A DNA stretch of 64,000 nt from Candidatus Nomurabacteria bacterium (lineage in GTDB: Bacteria > Patescibacteriota > Minisyncoccia > Phycocordibacterales > UBA918). This document shows positions 36,879-47,344 of this stretch, piece after piece. The position numbers and the translations under genes are program-made. Within the stretch, counting starts at the first letter, position 1. Every line of letters starts with the position of its first letter. The DNA is taken from positions 729,778 through 793,777 of the forward strand of contig JACKGH010000001.1 of assembly GCA_020632075.1 (NCBI GenBank). Reading direction: 5' to 3'. The notes under the pieces are model-generated. The model searched no databases. It saw only the letters and a program-made list of their open reading frames with translations, and was not told the origin of the DNA.

Positions 36879-37145
36879 TTATTTCTTTGTGTTCTTCACG
36901 CGAGCGGTGATGCGTGACTTCTTGCGCGCTGCGGTGTTGTCCTTGATGACACCACGCTTGGCTGCTTTGTCAATCGCCTTGTAAGCAGTCGGGAGAAGTT
37001 CTTTTGCTTTCTTCTCATCACCGGCTGCTACCGCCTTTGCGATGGCCTTTTCAGCATCCTTCATCGCACTCTTACGGCGTACATTGAACACCTTTTTGCG
37101 CTCTGAAGCTCGATGGGCCTTTGCTGCTCCTTTAGTAATTGGCAT
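36879..37145 (-). CDS. rpsT: 30S ribosomal protein S20
   Basis: 88 aa, Lys/Ala-rich, with KAHRASERKK...NTAARKKSR. Confidence 0.85.
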   Translation of the reverse strand: MPITKGAAKAHRASERKKVFNVRRKSAMKDAEKAIAKAVAAGDEKKAKELLPTAYKAIDKAAKRGVIKDNTAARKKSRITARVKNTKK

Positions 37146-37239
37146 ATCTAATTTAATTGAGTGCGCCTACTCTACCGTAGGAAGACCAAAAAGGCAAGGG
37201 TTTGGGACCGCAGACTTCTCGGGTACAATACATACACAT

Positions 37240-37815
37240 ATGATACGAAGTCTGACTGGAGAAATTGATGATATTGGCGAAAATTGGCTCGTGGTGAACG
37301 TGCATGGTGTTGGTTACTTGGTAGGCACTCCAACACTACAGAATCATTTCACTGAAAATAGCACCATAACGCTCCATACGTACCTCGCAGTGCGCGAAAC
37401 CGCACTTGACCTCTACGGCTTCCCTCACAAAACCGAACTTGAAATGTTTGAGTTACTGCTCGGTATACCTAAGATCGGACCGAAATCTGCCCTACAGATC
37501 CTCTGCCAAGCAACTCCCTCCCTACTGGCGGAAGCAGCACAAAAAAATGACGGCGTGTACTTACACAAACTCTCTGGCATTGGTAAAAAGACCGCCGAAA
37601 ACATCACACAATATCTTCATTCAAAACTGGCACAATTACCGACCACGATCATTACGACACAAGATGACCTCACTGCCGTACAAACTGACGCGATCGATGC
37701 GCTGATCGCACTAGGATACGACACGACCACTGCCCGAGAGACCGTTCTCGAATTGAGTAATACCGACGCAACGGTGAATTCTCTGGTTACAAAAGCACTT
37801 AAACAGATCCAGTGA
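37240..37815 (+). CDS. ruvA: Holliday junction DNA helicase RuvA
   Basis: MIRSLTGEI...VVNVHGVGYLV N-terminus, HhH motifs LLGIPKIGPKSA and LSGIGKKTAENI. ORF 37042.. trimmed to ATG 37240 to clear rpsT. Confidence 0.85.
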   Translation: MIRSLTGEIDDIGENWLVVNVHGVGYLVGTPTLQNHFTENSTITLHTYLAVRETALDLYGFPHKTELEMFELLLGIPKIGPKSALQILCQATPSLLAEAAQKNDGVYLHKLSGIGKKTAENITQYLHSKLAQLPTTIITTQDDLTAVQTDAIDALIALGYDTTTARETVLELSNTDATVNSLVTKALKQIQ

Positions 37816-37818
37816 TAC

Positions 37819-39219
37819 TTACTGTAGCTCATTCTCTCTCACCCGAGTATCAGGATCATAGGAAGTAGGCTCGAGTCGACGGATGAATAGGTACGCAAAC
37901 AGCGATGTGGCGATCACGATCGCTGCATAGAACCAAGGTGACTTACCTGGCACACTCGGCGCTACTGTGTGAAGCAGTGTTACCGGCCCAAAAAACGAAC
38001 TGCATGTTCGCTCTTTTTCGCAGCCAAATGATTGCTCGACGACCGCCACCTTCTGCAGCTCTTGATCATCAATGGCCTCACCAAGAAGAGGACCACTATA
38101 TAGTTCTGTTGTGAGAGTAAAGTCTGCCAGCTCCCATTCTGGAGAGAAGGAGTAATACTTCTTGTCCCATAGATCCTTGCTAGCAATCATCTCCCGTGAC
38201 AATTCTTTCTCAGCACGAGACAAGACGAATGCTACTTGGACCGGTTTGGCAAACTGTTTTTTGGTCGCACCCAGCACCGTCTGATCAACACAAGCCACGA
38301 CTTCGCTTGTTTTGGTCAACGGGTACTCACTTAAGCCAACCGCTGAGATGTACGGCAAGAGCACACTTTCCTCAACTGCCCCCACCCTCAGCACAGCAAC
38401 AGTAACGGGCGTAAAGTGATCAGCTGCCACCATCCCCGCATAGACGGTATACACCCCGTCTCCCTGCAAGGCAGCGTCAAGCTCTAACTGCTGCTTTGAT
38501 TGCGCGGCCAACACAGCTGGTTCACGAAGCTCAGTCAAGACCGCTGCCCCTTTTGGAACTATACCCTGCACCACACTCGCAAGAACCGTTTGCACAACTT
38601 CATTTGCAAGGTCATTATTTGCGCTACGCATTGATAGCGATAACGCATCTTCAGATCTAAGAATAATGCTTTGTCCGATACTCTTAAGACCGTTCACAAA
38701 CAGTTCAAAACTGACATCCTGTTCTCGTGGAGTTCGTTTCACAAGCGTGGCCATTGATTGCGTATCTGCTGTGAACTGACTGAACAAAGCCGTTTCATCA
38801 CCTTGTGCAATGAGCGCCTTTACAAAGTATGTACCAGCAGGAACCATTGCTAGGTCTGACTGCACCGATATTTGCCTCACCGTTCCAGGTTCAAGCTCAT
38901 AGGTGTCTGACAGTACGGTCCAGTACACTGGTGCTGCTGCGTACTGACTAGTATACAATCCAAGCCCAACCCTTACACCACCAAAATGGTACTTCGGATC
39001 AGTATTTTCGACCTCAACGACACCAACAAAACTGTCAGATACCTCAATCGGATCTTGTGCTGTATCAATATACACCTGCAATCCTCCGACAATTGGACAT
39101 TCTTTTGTAGGAATTTCAGTTACCTGAGCGCTGACGACCTGACCAATAGATACTACTCCCAAAGAAATAAGCACTATGGTAACACTAGCAAACTTTCTCA
39201 GTGATACTTTGAAAATCAT
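37819..39219 (-). CDS. secreted/anchored hypothetical protein, paralog A (signal peptide + C-terminal TM anchor)
   Basis: Shares blocks with 42248..43687: ECPIVGG/SCPIESA, YHFGGVRVGLGLY/YAVGGIRVGVFLF, VKALIAQGDETAL/LRLVAVQGDETDL, YISAVGLSEYPLT/YLSQVGLTEYPMT. Confidence 0.6.
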   Translation of the reverse strand: MIFKVSLRKFASVTIVLISLGVVSIGQVVSAQVTEIPTKECPIVGGLQVYIDTAQDPIEVSDSFVGVVEVENTDPKYHFGGVRVGLGLYTSQYAAAPVYWTVLSDTYELEPGTVRQISVQSDLAMVPAGTYFVKALIAQGDETALFSQFTADTQSMATLVKRTPREQDVSFELFVNGLKSIGQSIILRSEDALSLSMRSANNDLANEVVQTVLASVVQGIVPKGAAVLTELREPAVLAAQSKQQLELDAALQGDGVYTVYAGMVAADHFTPVTVAVLRVGAVEESVLLPYISAVGLSEYPLTKTSEVVACVDQTVLGATKKQFAKPVQVAFVLSRAEKELSREMIASKDLWDKKYYSFSPEWELADFTLTTELYSGPLLGEAIDDQELQKVAVVEQSFGCEKERTCSSFFGPVTLLHTVAPSVPGKSPWFYAAIVIATSLFAYLFIRRLEPTSYDPDTRVRENELQ

Positions 39220-39258
39220 ACTGCATTTGGTCGTAGTCGAAAACGATCGACCGCTTCC

Positions 39259-42255
39259 CTAGACTTCTGTTACTTCAGGTACCATTTCTACACGCACCTG
39301 TTCCACAAATGACGTGTTTGTGAGTGGCTCTATACAACGAAGTTCGAACACACTGGTGCTAGTGAGTATTCCTGTGGTAAACGAATCCGTATAACTAGGT
39401 CCGACATCCAATGTATTAAAGCTCTCGTTAAGGCCGCCAGCACCACTGACCGTACAATTTAGTGAGTAGGTTGCGTCCACGTCCCAATCGATCGTGACAG
39501 ATTGTGAACGACGGATCAATAACTTATCAACTGAAATATCCATCATTGGGTGCGGTACCGGAATGTTCACCGTTGTACAGCTTGTGTTGTTGGCAGTATC
39601 CGGGTTTGATTCTGGGAACGTATCACCATCCAAATTCACTTGACTACAGACCGTATGTGAACCAAATGGCACTTCATCAACAGTCTGAGCCAATGTTGGT
39701 GATTGTACTGGAGCACCAGGGGTTACGGGCGCAGTAAGTGAACCGTTGAAGTAGTCAACTTCTGTCTCAATATCTGACAACCCTAAACTTGGCATCAAAG
39801 TCAAGATAGCTTTATATGAGACGTGGCTATCTGTAGGCAATTCACCACCAAACCAAATACCTCCAATTTGGTGCATTGCATTTTCGATCACCATAAGGAT
39901 ATCAACATCGTTGTAGACTCCATTGACCGGGTCTTCAGTAGCAGCTGCCAAACTGACCGCTGGACTCGCAGACACCAGATCAACCGCCTCGATACAATAT
40001 CCAGTATCTGGATCAGCAATGAATCCATCAGGAGCATCGACGACCAGGTCAGTCTCAGGATCGATACATTCACCAACTGATACTACCGTCTCTGCCACAA
40101 GTGCATCTGGTGGTGGCAACTTGACCAGTACAGTACTTTCATCTGAAACCGAATCTGCAGTTCTTCCACACATCATTCCAAAAGCGGTGCTAGTTGACAC
40201 ATCCGCGTCTAGTAGACCCATAGCACTTGAACCACTGTACCAGGAGTACGAAGAACCATCTTCACGTACCGCAGGTATCTCGGCACAGTATGTTGTCTCT
40301 TCACTGATCCACATTAGCGGTACCGTCACGAAACCAATCGCTTTGTTGAATGGAACATCTACACTTGCTCCATCGCCCGCACCAAAGTAAATGTTTGAGA
40401 AACGACAGAACTCACTCCCTTCTCTTTCACAAGCGATCGTAACTATTTCACCATCATCAAGTGGCACATCACTGGCAACGAGTGCGGTCTTTAGTGTGCC
40501 TGAGTTACACTCAGCACTTGGACTATCAGGACTATCAGCTACCAATGTACCTATCAACCCACTCTTTTCGGTACTGAACTCAAAAGTCGAGGCTCCGTCG
40601 TTCTCATCACAGTACGTAAAGTGGATGTTGTATCGATCTGATCCATCAAATGGGTGCGAGAATGGAAACAAGATCTCACCCATACTTGTAACCGCAAGGT
40701 AAGTACCGTCGTCATAGAAACCTCCACCACCAACCTGCACCGCTTGTAACTCATCGACATCATACGAAACTGCATTCGCGTACATATACGTCTGCGGTTG
40801 ATCAGCCACTACAGCTGAATCAAGGACTTCAATAACTACACTTTCACTATCCATTCCATTATCCCGTTCCTCAGCGGTTCCATATAGAAAGTCATATTCA
40901 CGCATACATTCGACATCTAACACAGTATCTGAGGAGAGGAAGAAGCCAAACGTATCATTTCCTTCACCTGAGATGGGCGGATCTAGATGCTCCCAACCTG
41001 GTAAAACATAGTATGTAGCATGACCCATTTCTGCTAATGTGCTTCCATAAAACGCCCTTAACCAACAGTAACTGGCATTGTCTCTGTCCACCTGCACTTC
41101 TACCCACGCCTCCCCTGTAATTGGGTCACGTTCAACCTGAGCTGGTGCAGAAATATCCACAGTCACCGGAGGCAAAGAGGCTCGGTCCCACTCAGTCACA
41201 GAATTAACCCCAGGCGGCAATGCCACTCCAATGGTAATTGAGGTAGTGGTTGATACATATGGGTACGTAACTCCATTGAATACAATTTCTTCACGAAAAC
41301 AAGAGATCTCAAACGTTGTTGTTGCAATGATCTCAATATCTTCCATATATCCACTCTTGTACCAGCTTGGCACACCCCAACCAGTTGGGGTTTTTATTTT
41401 GACACCATCTTCATCATACGCAGCATAATTACATCGATACACGCTTTCTGCCTCAAAACCGATATCTACGTACGCATATCCGTACAAATAGTCCTGATAT
41501 ACAGTCGGATAATCTGGAGACCAGATATCAATTGTCGGGTCAGCCGGGGGCGTACCGTAGGTAATGTTCAAGGTGATCGACTGAGTGCTCTCTGTGCCGT
41601 TCGCGTCGTTGTAGCAGGTGATGTAGAACGTGGTCGTTTCAGTTATGCGGTCAAATGGTGTGCCATCAAAAACAACAATACCAGTAGTTCCTAAAGGTCC
41701 TGTATACCCGCTACTTACATTGGCCACAACCGGAACACCCGGGTTAGACTCCGTCTCATACCACACGTAAGAGCAACGTGTTGCATACTGTGTATCCCAC
41801 TGCACTATCACACTTGAGAGAGTCCCCGTTATCCCCCAGATCGTTCGGTCGGTACCCTCAGGAAGCTCCATGGTGATTTCAGGTTCGATCAGCACCTCAA
41901 CTGAGTCGGTGCCTTGCGTACAAGTCAACACATAACTCGTATCGGTGTCTGCCGGAGGTACCACAGTAATAGAACCACTGACAGGCAATACAGACGTATC
42001 AATATCGCCCACACCATTATTGATATAGCAACCTTGCGCATCATCGATATACCACTCAAGTGTGATCGGTGTTCCGTTTACGATCTCAGCCGTATTACCG
42101 CCATTAACAGTGAGAATGAGTACCGGTGTTAGCGCATGAGCAACCTGTGCAGACACTACCCAAAGAAAGAGTGTCACTACCCCAAAAACTGCAGTCAACA
42201 GTTTGGTTACTTGGAATGAAAATAGTTTTGATTTCATAGGCACAATATTATTCAC
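39259..42255 (-). CDS. giant secreted surface protein (998 aa) with repeated Ig-like/beta-sandwich-looking segments
   Basis: Signal peptide. Cys-paired repeats (VLTCTQGTDSVEV... / LRCIEPLTNTSFVEQV). Thr/Ser/Asp-rich. No enzymatic motif. Confidence 0.7.
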   Translation of the reverse strand: MNNIVPMKSKLFSFQVTKLLTAVFGVVTLFLWVVSAQVAHALTPVLILTVNGGNTAEIVNGTPITLEWYIDDAQGCYINNGVGDIDTSVLPVSGSITVVPPADTDTSYVLTCTQGTDSVEVLIEPEITMELPEGTDRTIWGITGTLSSVIVQWDTQYATRCSYVWYETESNPGVPVVANVSSGYTGPLGTTGIVVFDGTPFDRITETTTFYITCYNDANGTESTQSITLNITYGTPPADPTIDIWSPDYPTVYQDYLYGYAYVDIGFEAESVYRCNYAAYDEDGVKIKTPTGWGVPSWYKSGYMEDIEIIATTTFEISCFREEIVFNGVTYPYVSTTTSITIGVALPPGVNSVTEWDRASLPPVTVDISAPAQVERDPITGEAWVEVQVDRDNASYCWLRAFYGSTLAEMGHATYYVLPGWEHLDPPISGEGNDTFGFFLSSDTVLDVECMREYDFLYGTAEERDNGMDSESVVIEVLDSAVVADQPQTYMYANAVSYDVDELQAVQVGGGGFYDDGTYLAVTSMGEILFPFSHPFDGSDRYNIHFTYCDENDGASTFEFSTEKSGLIGTLVADSPDSPSAECNSGTLKTALVASDVPLDDGEIVTIACEREGSEFCRFSNIYFGAGDGASVDVPFNKAIGFVTVPLMWISEETTYCAEIPAVREDGSSYSWYSGSSAMGLLDADVSTSTAFGMMCGRTADSVSDESTVLVKLPPPDALVAETVVSVGECIDPETDLVVDAPDGFIADPDTGYCIEAVDLVSASPAVSLAAATEDPVNGVYNDVDILMVIENAMHQIGGIWFGGELPTDSHVSYKAILTLMPSLGLSDIETEVDYFNGSLTAPVTPGAPVQSPTLAQTVDEVPFGSHTVCSQVNLDGDTFPESNPDTANNTSCTTVNIPVPHPMMDISVDKLLIRRSQSVTIDWDVDATYSLNCTVSGAGGLNESFNTLDVGPSYTDSFTTGILTSTSVFELRCIEPLTNTSFVEQVRVEMVPEVTEV

Positions 42256-43687
42256 GCTTATCTGATCCGTTTACCTCGCCCTCTTCCTGATCATTTTCAT
42301 CTGCACTTTCCTCTTCCTCCTCTTCTTCCTCTGTCTTTTCTCGGGGAGGGATTGTGCGTAAGATCACATACACAAACAGTAGGATAACCACCACGACACT
42401 GCCGTACAAAATTATCGGCTGTACTTTGATCTCTGCTTCCTGCGCTACTGTACCTGCAACCACTTCGGTACCCTGGCCGATACACACATCAAACCCAGCA
42501 CAATTGAAAGTGTATTCGTATGAATCCACTACTGAAAGCAATTCTACGAGTGATTCTGTTGGCAAATCCTGCAGCGAAGCCGCTGAGTTGAACTGTTGAT
42601 GTAACAGATCAACAGTCAATGTGAAGTTCTTGTACTCCTTTTGAGGATGAACTTGGAAGAAGTTCTTCGCAGACACTTCACTACTGAGCACCTCTGCATT
42701 GAAGATGCCGCCTTCACCGATCGCAGACACCTTCACACCAATAGCCCCGGTGAAATGATCAACTCGATCCTCGGCTCCGGTATACCGTACACACATCACG
42801 ATCTCCCCCTTTTCGGTCATTGGATATTCAGTCAGACCAACTTGCGACAAATACGGCCATGAGATCACTTCATCAGTCTCAGGTCCTGCAACAACATGAG
42901 TAAGGATCGGTTGGAAGACACCTGGAGTCAGAACACCTGCAAACAATGCTGATTCCTTGGTGAGTACATAGTGCTGAGAAACCTCAACTGTTCGAGCGGA
43001 ACCAGGGACGAGTTTCACAGAGTCTACAGACTCATCTTTCACCGCAGCACCAAGTGGCACCCGACCCATCGTAACAACGGTCAGCACAGAGCTATCGGTC
43101 AGCGGCGTATCAGAATCATTCGTAACTACAATATCACCAGCGATCACACCCTCCGTCGCATCAGTTGAGGTGAACGAAAGAGCTGCTGATGATCGTTGTT
43201 CTCCAGTCTTAGTAAGACGCACACCTGAAACATCTGACGGCAACAACACTGCACCGAGTAAGTCAGTTTCATCTCCTTGCACAGCCACTAGCCGAAGCTC
43301 ATACGCCCCACCCTCAAGTGTGGAGGTGTCGACAGTCACAGGAATGGACTTTCTCTCCCCTGCCATCAATTGATACCTATCAGGTAACACGCTCCAGTAC
43401 GATGGACTGTCTGCCCCCTCAGCAAAGAGAAATACACCGACCCGAATTCCACCAACTGCATACGATGAAAGATTCTGGATCGTCACTTCTTCGCTAAAAG
43501 CACTCGTGACCTCATACGCTTCAGGAGAGTTAAGGAAAAGCGCGGTTACGGCTGACTCGATCGGACAGCTTCTCGAAGGCGCAACCCCCTGCTCAGCAAG
43601 ACCGACCACTGGCATTAGGGCTATTGATAAATTAATGAGTAATGCAAAAAATACACTGAGTGGTTTATTGGCTGTTTTATAGTACAT
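42248..43687 (-). CDS. secreted/anchored hypothetical protein, paralog B, with poly-Glu tail after the C-terminal TM
   Basis: Start trimmed to ATG 43687 (MYYKTANKPLSVFFALL... signal). C-terminal TM then EEEEEEEESADENDQEEGE tail. Paralog of 37819..39219. Confidence 0.6.
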   Translation of the reverse strand: MYYKTANKPLSVFFALLINLSIALMPVVGLAEQGVAPSRSCPIESAVTALFLNSPEAYEVTSAFSEEVTIQNLSSYAVGGIRVGVFLFAEGADSPSYWSVLPDRYQLMAGERKSIPVTVDTSTLEGGAYELRLVAVQGDETDLLGAVLLPSDVSGVRLTKTGEQRSSAALSFTSTDATEGVIAGDIVVTNDSDTPLTDSSVLTVVTMGRVPLGAAVKDESVDSVKLVPGSARTVEVSQHYVLTKESALFAGVLTPGVFQPILTHVVAGPETDEVISWPYLSQVGLTEYPMTEKGEIVMCVRYTGAEDRVDHFTGAIGVKVSAIGEGGIFNAEVLSSEVSAKNFFQVHPQKEYKNFTLTVDLLHQQFNSAASLQDLPTESLVELLSVVDSYEYTFNCAGFDVCIGQGTEVVAGTVAQEAEIKVQPIILYGSVVVVILLFVYVILRTIPPREKTEEEEEEEESADENDQEEGEVNGSDKRE

Positions 43688-43815
43688 ATGGTTCCCCGCG
43701 ACTCGTACCCTAAGCATACGAGATAAACCAAATTCCGACGGCTTACTTATACACATTTGCCTATCTTCGACACCAACGTGCACCGAACGCAAAACCAGCA
43801 TATACTTAAGAACAT

Positions 43816-45102
43816 ATGGATACCGCACGACAGCTTCTGAAACGAATCATCCCGAAGCGAATTTTTACTTTTTTACAGCCGTATTATCACTACCTACTCT
43901 CATATATAGGTGCAACACGCTACCACCACCCTTCTCGTGAGATCGTGGTTATCGGGGTAACCGGCACCAAGGGTAAATCATCAGTCACTGAAATCCTTAC
44001 CCACATCCTCCGCACTGATGGCAAGAAAGTTGCCTCCCTTTCAACGATCCAGTTTTCGATTGGCGATACCACCGAACGAAACTTATACAAGATGACCATG
44101 CCAGGTCGTTTCTTTGTGCAAAAATTCCTGCGCGAGGCGGTTGATGCTGGCTGCACCCACGCCGTGGTTGAGATGACCTCAGAAGGTGCCAAGCAGTACC
44201 GACACAAGTTCGTCGACATCGATGCGCTTATTTTTACCAATCTCGCCCCGGAACACATTGAATCACACGGCTCATTTGAGAATTACAAAAACGCGAAACT
44301 CTCGATCGCAGCGGCCGTAGCAGATTCACCGAAGCGACCGCGATACATCGTTGCTAATATAGACAATGAACACGGGGCAGATTTTTTGAACTTCGATATT
44401 GAACACAATCTCCCCTACTCTCTTAAGGACCTCTCGCTCTACACTCTTCATAAAGATAGTGTGAGCATGGTCTTTGGGGACACTACTGTGCGAGTGCCAC
44501 TTGTTGGACTATTTAATGTCTATAACAGTCTTGCTGCAATCACCCTCGCACGTGCGTTTGGTGTTTCGCTCGATACGATCCAAAAAGCCTTTCGTACCCT
44601 ACCGCCACTACGTGGTCGAGTAGAACATTTCGCGAGTCCGAAGGATGCCGCCAAGCAGGTCACAGCTGTTGTCGACTACGCCCACACGCCAGATTCGCTC
44701 ACTCAATTCTACGAAGCATTCCCCGATAAATATAAAGTTTGTGTCCTTGGCAACACTGGTGGTGGCCGTGACACCTGGAAGCGGCCAGAAATGGGTGCGA
44801 TCGCAGAAAAATACTGTAATCAAGTTATCCTCACTAACGAGGACCCATACGACGAAGATCCGGAAAAGATCATTACTGAAATGCAAAAAGGCATGCAGGA
44901 TGATGCACATGTCGAAGTGATTATGGATCGTCGCGAGGCCATTGCACGCGCACTAGAACTCACTCCACAAGACGGCTATACACTTATTTCTGGCAAGGGT
45001 ACTGATCCGTACATTATGGGACCAAATGACACCAAGACCCCATGGAGTGATGCAGAGGTAGTTCAAGAACTCCTTGCTGAACTTCCAAAAGCTACTCAAT
45101 AG
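43816..45102 (+). CDS. murE: Mur ligase family protein (MurE-like UDP-MurNAc-tripeptide synthetase, short N-terminus)
   Basis: P-loop GVTGTKGKSS, DYAHTPDSL and GGGRDTWKRPEMGAIAEK blocks matching MurE. Lacks the usual N-terminal domain 1. Confidence 0.65.
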   Translation: MDTARQLLKRIIPKRIFTFLQPYYHYLLSYIGATRYHHPSREIVVIGVTGTKGKSSVTEILTHILRTDGKKVASLSTIQFSIGDTTERNLYKMTMPGRFFVQKFLREAVDAGCTHAVVEMTSEGAKQYRHKFVDIDALIFTNLAPEHIESHGSFENYKNAKLSIAAAVADSPKRPRYIVANIDNEHGADFLNFDIEHNLPYSLKDLSLYTLHKDSVSMVFGDTTVRVPLVGLFNVYNSLAAITLARAFGVSLDTIQKAFRTLPPLRGRVEHFASPKDAAKQVTAVVDYAHTPDSLTQFYEAFPDKYKVCVLGNTGGGRDTWKRPEMGAIAEKYCNQVILTNEDPYDEDPEKIITEMQKGMQDDAHVEVIMDRREAIARALELTPQDGYTLISGKGTDPYIMGPNDTKTPWSDAEVVQELLAELPKATQ

Positions 45103-46588
45103 CAATTGTTGTCTCACGCACCAACCACCCATCACCCGCTGTCACTACGGTGGGTGTTTTGATTGTGCCAGCCGGCGTATAGACTTTGCTACTCACAAAA
45201 TTCCCTGCGCTCACAATATATGTATCGTTCCATACCGCCTGCACGCGGAGCATCTGATCAAGCTGGTACCACAGACTTTCTGGCTCATTAAACCACGCAT
45301 GAGAGATTGGATGCGCCACAAACGGCTGATCTGGCCGCTCTGTCGTGAGACGTCGCACACTGAGTGGATTCACACTCTCAAAACAAAACAGCACGCTCGG
45401 AAACTCACTCGGCAATTCAGCTTGTGAAATAAGATTTCCCGGCACCAATCCCATATCCCCTTTCACCGCATCAATGACCGCACTATACCCAAACCATTTG
45501 GCAAGCAACACAAACAACGACGCAAGATATTCTCCTTGTGGCACCAAGTAGCCTTTGTGCACCTTCTCGATCTGGTCAGTGGTTGAATCATACAAGTACG
45601 CCTGCAACACCCTACCCACCGGCAAAGTAATCACTTCGGTGTCTATCACGATCGTCTGTGGGTTGTTATACCGAAGTTGAAACTGAAACTTCTCCGAGCC
45701 AAGTGATTCTTTCTGATTAAAGAAGCCAGACCCTTCTGGAAGCACTACATACGCCGGATCCAACTCAAGTGCTACCACCATCGCCTCCCCCAGATTTTCT
45801 CGCACGCGGTGCAAACCAGCTTGGTCACGCAAGGTTGCAGTATCAGTCTTGGTTTCAATGATTGAAATTCGTGTCTCATATGTAGCCTGAATTACTGGCG
45901 AAGCTACCGACACAAAACTGGTCAGATACACCACCACCAACATTGCAATACCGTACCCAGCCATTTGTTTTGTTTTTGAAAGATGAAGCAGCACTAGCGC
46001 AAACAACACTCCTGCTGCACTAAGGATGTATACCCCTCCCCACTTCGCAAGGAGTAGCAGTAATGGGTGTTCAGCCAATACATAGCCAAGATATCCAAAA
46101 CTAAATGAAATATTTAAGTATCCGCCAGGACCGATAGCGAGTACTGAATATGCAAATGAACCAAAGATTTCAGCCAACACCCAAATTAGCGGTGTAAGTA
46201 AAAACATTGCACTAGCCTTATGATCCGCAAAGAGCTTTCTAAAAAGCCGCACCCCAGACACAACCACAGGACCACAGAGACCAATAGTGATCGCAGCTGC
46301 TACCCACGTGATACCAATCGCCAGTATCTGAGACTTGGCCGCCTCAAGTGGCAGCCAACTGATCGGATACGTCGACCAAAACCAAAACACTACAATACTC
46401 ACCTTAATAGTCCACGCCAACCACGAACCGATATAGAGAGACTTACGACCCATTTCAGAGATTGCTAAATGCAAAAAATACGCTGCACCAAGAATGGTCA
46501 CGATCCATAAAAACGGTGATAGGAAACCGATCCCCATTAAGACCCCTGAAGTGACCCACTGCAACCAACGATTATGTAACCAATCCAT
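45092..46588 (-). CDS. lnt: apolipoprotein N-acyltransferase (Lnt)
   Basis: N-terminal polytopic domain plus C-terminal CN-hydrolase domain (VVLPEGSGFF with catalytic E). Confidence 0.75.
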   Translation of the reverse strand: MDWLHNRWLQWVTSGVLMGIGFLSPFLWIVTILGAAYFLHLAISEMGRKSLYIGSWLAWTIKVSIVVFWFWSTYPISWLPLEAAKSQILAIGITWVAAAITIGLCGPVVVSGVRLFRKLFADHKASAMFLLTPLIWVLAEIFGSFAYSVLAIGPGGYLNISFSFGYLGYVLAEHPLLLLLAKWGGVYILSAAGVLFALVLLHLSKTKQMAGYGIAMLVVVYLTSFVSVASPVIQATYETRISIIETKTDTATLRDQAGLHRVRENLGEAMVVALELDPAYVVLPEGSGFFNQKESLGSEKFQFQLRYNNPQTIVIDTEVITLPVGRVLQAYLYDSTTDQIEKVHKGYLVPQGEYLASLFVLLAKWFGYSAVIDAVKGDMGLVPGNLISQAELPSEFPSVLFCFESVNPLSVRRLTTERPDQPFVAHPISHAWFNEPESLWYQLDQMLRVQAVWNDTYIVSAGNFVSSKVYTPAGTIKTPTVVTAGDGWLVRETTIAIE

Positions 46589-47036
46589 GATACAAAACTA
46601 TTCCCGTCGCGACCGACACATTAAGTGACTCTTTCATACCCAACATCGGGATATCGACCACCTGATCAACCATATCCAAAACTTCTTTGGAGACACCCTC
46701 TACTTCATTCCCCATCACGTACGCAACATGTTTAGGCACCGAGAACGTCGGGAGAGACACTGACTCACTTGTTTGCTCAATCGCCACCACTGACACACCT
46801 TCTTCCTGCAGATCTGCGACCACCGGGAGGGCTGACTTGTGATGTTCCCAAGAAATAGTTTGACTCGCACCAAGCGAGGTCTTTTCAATTTCTGACTGGA
46901 CGCGACCAAAACGATCGATCGGGGCCGGCGTGTACCCGATCAAAAATATTTTGGACACGCCGGCCGCGTCCGCCGTCCGGAAAATTGCTCCTACATTGTA
47001 CGCGCTTCGAATGTTTTCGAGGATGAGATATTTCAC
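46572..47036 (-). CDS. SpoU/TrmH family RNA 2'-O-methyltransferase
   Basis: NVGAIFRTADAAGV (motif I) and SLNVSVATGIVLY (SPOUT knot motif). Confidence 0.8.
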   Translation of the reverse strand: MKYLILENIRSAYNVGAIFRTADAAGVSKIFLIGYTPAPIDRFGRVQSEIEKTSLGASQTISWEHHKSALPVVADLQEEGVSVVAIEQTSESVSLPTFSVPKHVAYVMGNEVEGVSKEVLDMVDQVVDIPMLGMKESLNVSVATGIVLYHGLVT

Positions 47037-47228
47037 CTGATTAGACTACCAAAAATATGGCTATGCGCCAGTCGTGCAGTACTCTTCAGACACGAATCAA
47101 GTTCTCTGCTCAGCAATTTAGAAGATTGCTTCCGTAAGGTCTTCAAATTGCTGCGCGACGGGCACTGCGCCTCGGTTGATTTCAACCTTAATCATGTTAT
47201 AGTTTCCCCACTTTGCAATTTGCAAACC

Positions 47229-47301
47229 CCGCCCATAGCTCAGTCGGTAGAGCAGCAGCCTTTTAAGCTGAGGGTCCCAGGTTCGAGCCCTGGTGGGCGG
47301 A
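47229..47301 (+). tRNA. tRNA-Lys (anticodon TTT)
   Basis: D-arm gctc-agtcggta-gagc, anticodon loop cTTTTaa, T-arm ccagg-ttcgagc-cctgg, acceptor ccgccca/tgggcgg (C1-G72 by my fold, unusual). No CCA encoded. Confidence 0.75.
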
Positions 47302-47344
47302 CAAATAAAAACTCCCCTTAAGGGGAGTTTTTATTTGTCCGCCC
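47295..47344. terminator. 50-bp perfect palindrome (25-bp arms) acting as bidirectional terminator and incorporating the tRNA-Lys acceptor 3' strand
   Basis: GGGCGGACAAATAAAAACTCCCCTT|AAGGGGAGTTTTTATTTGTCCGCCC. Confidence 0.6.
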
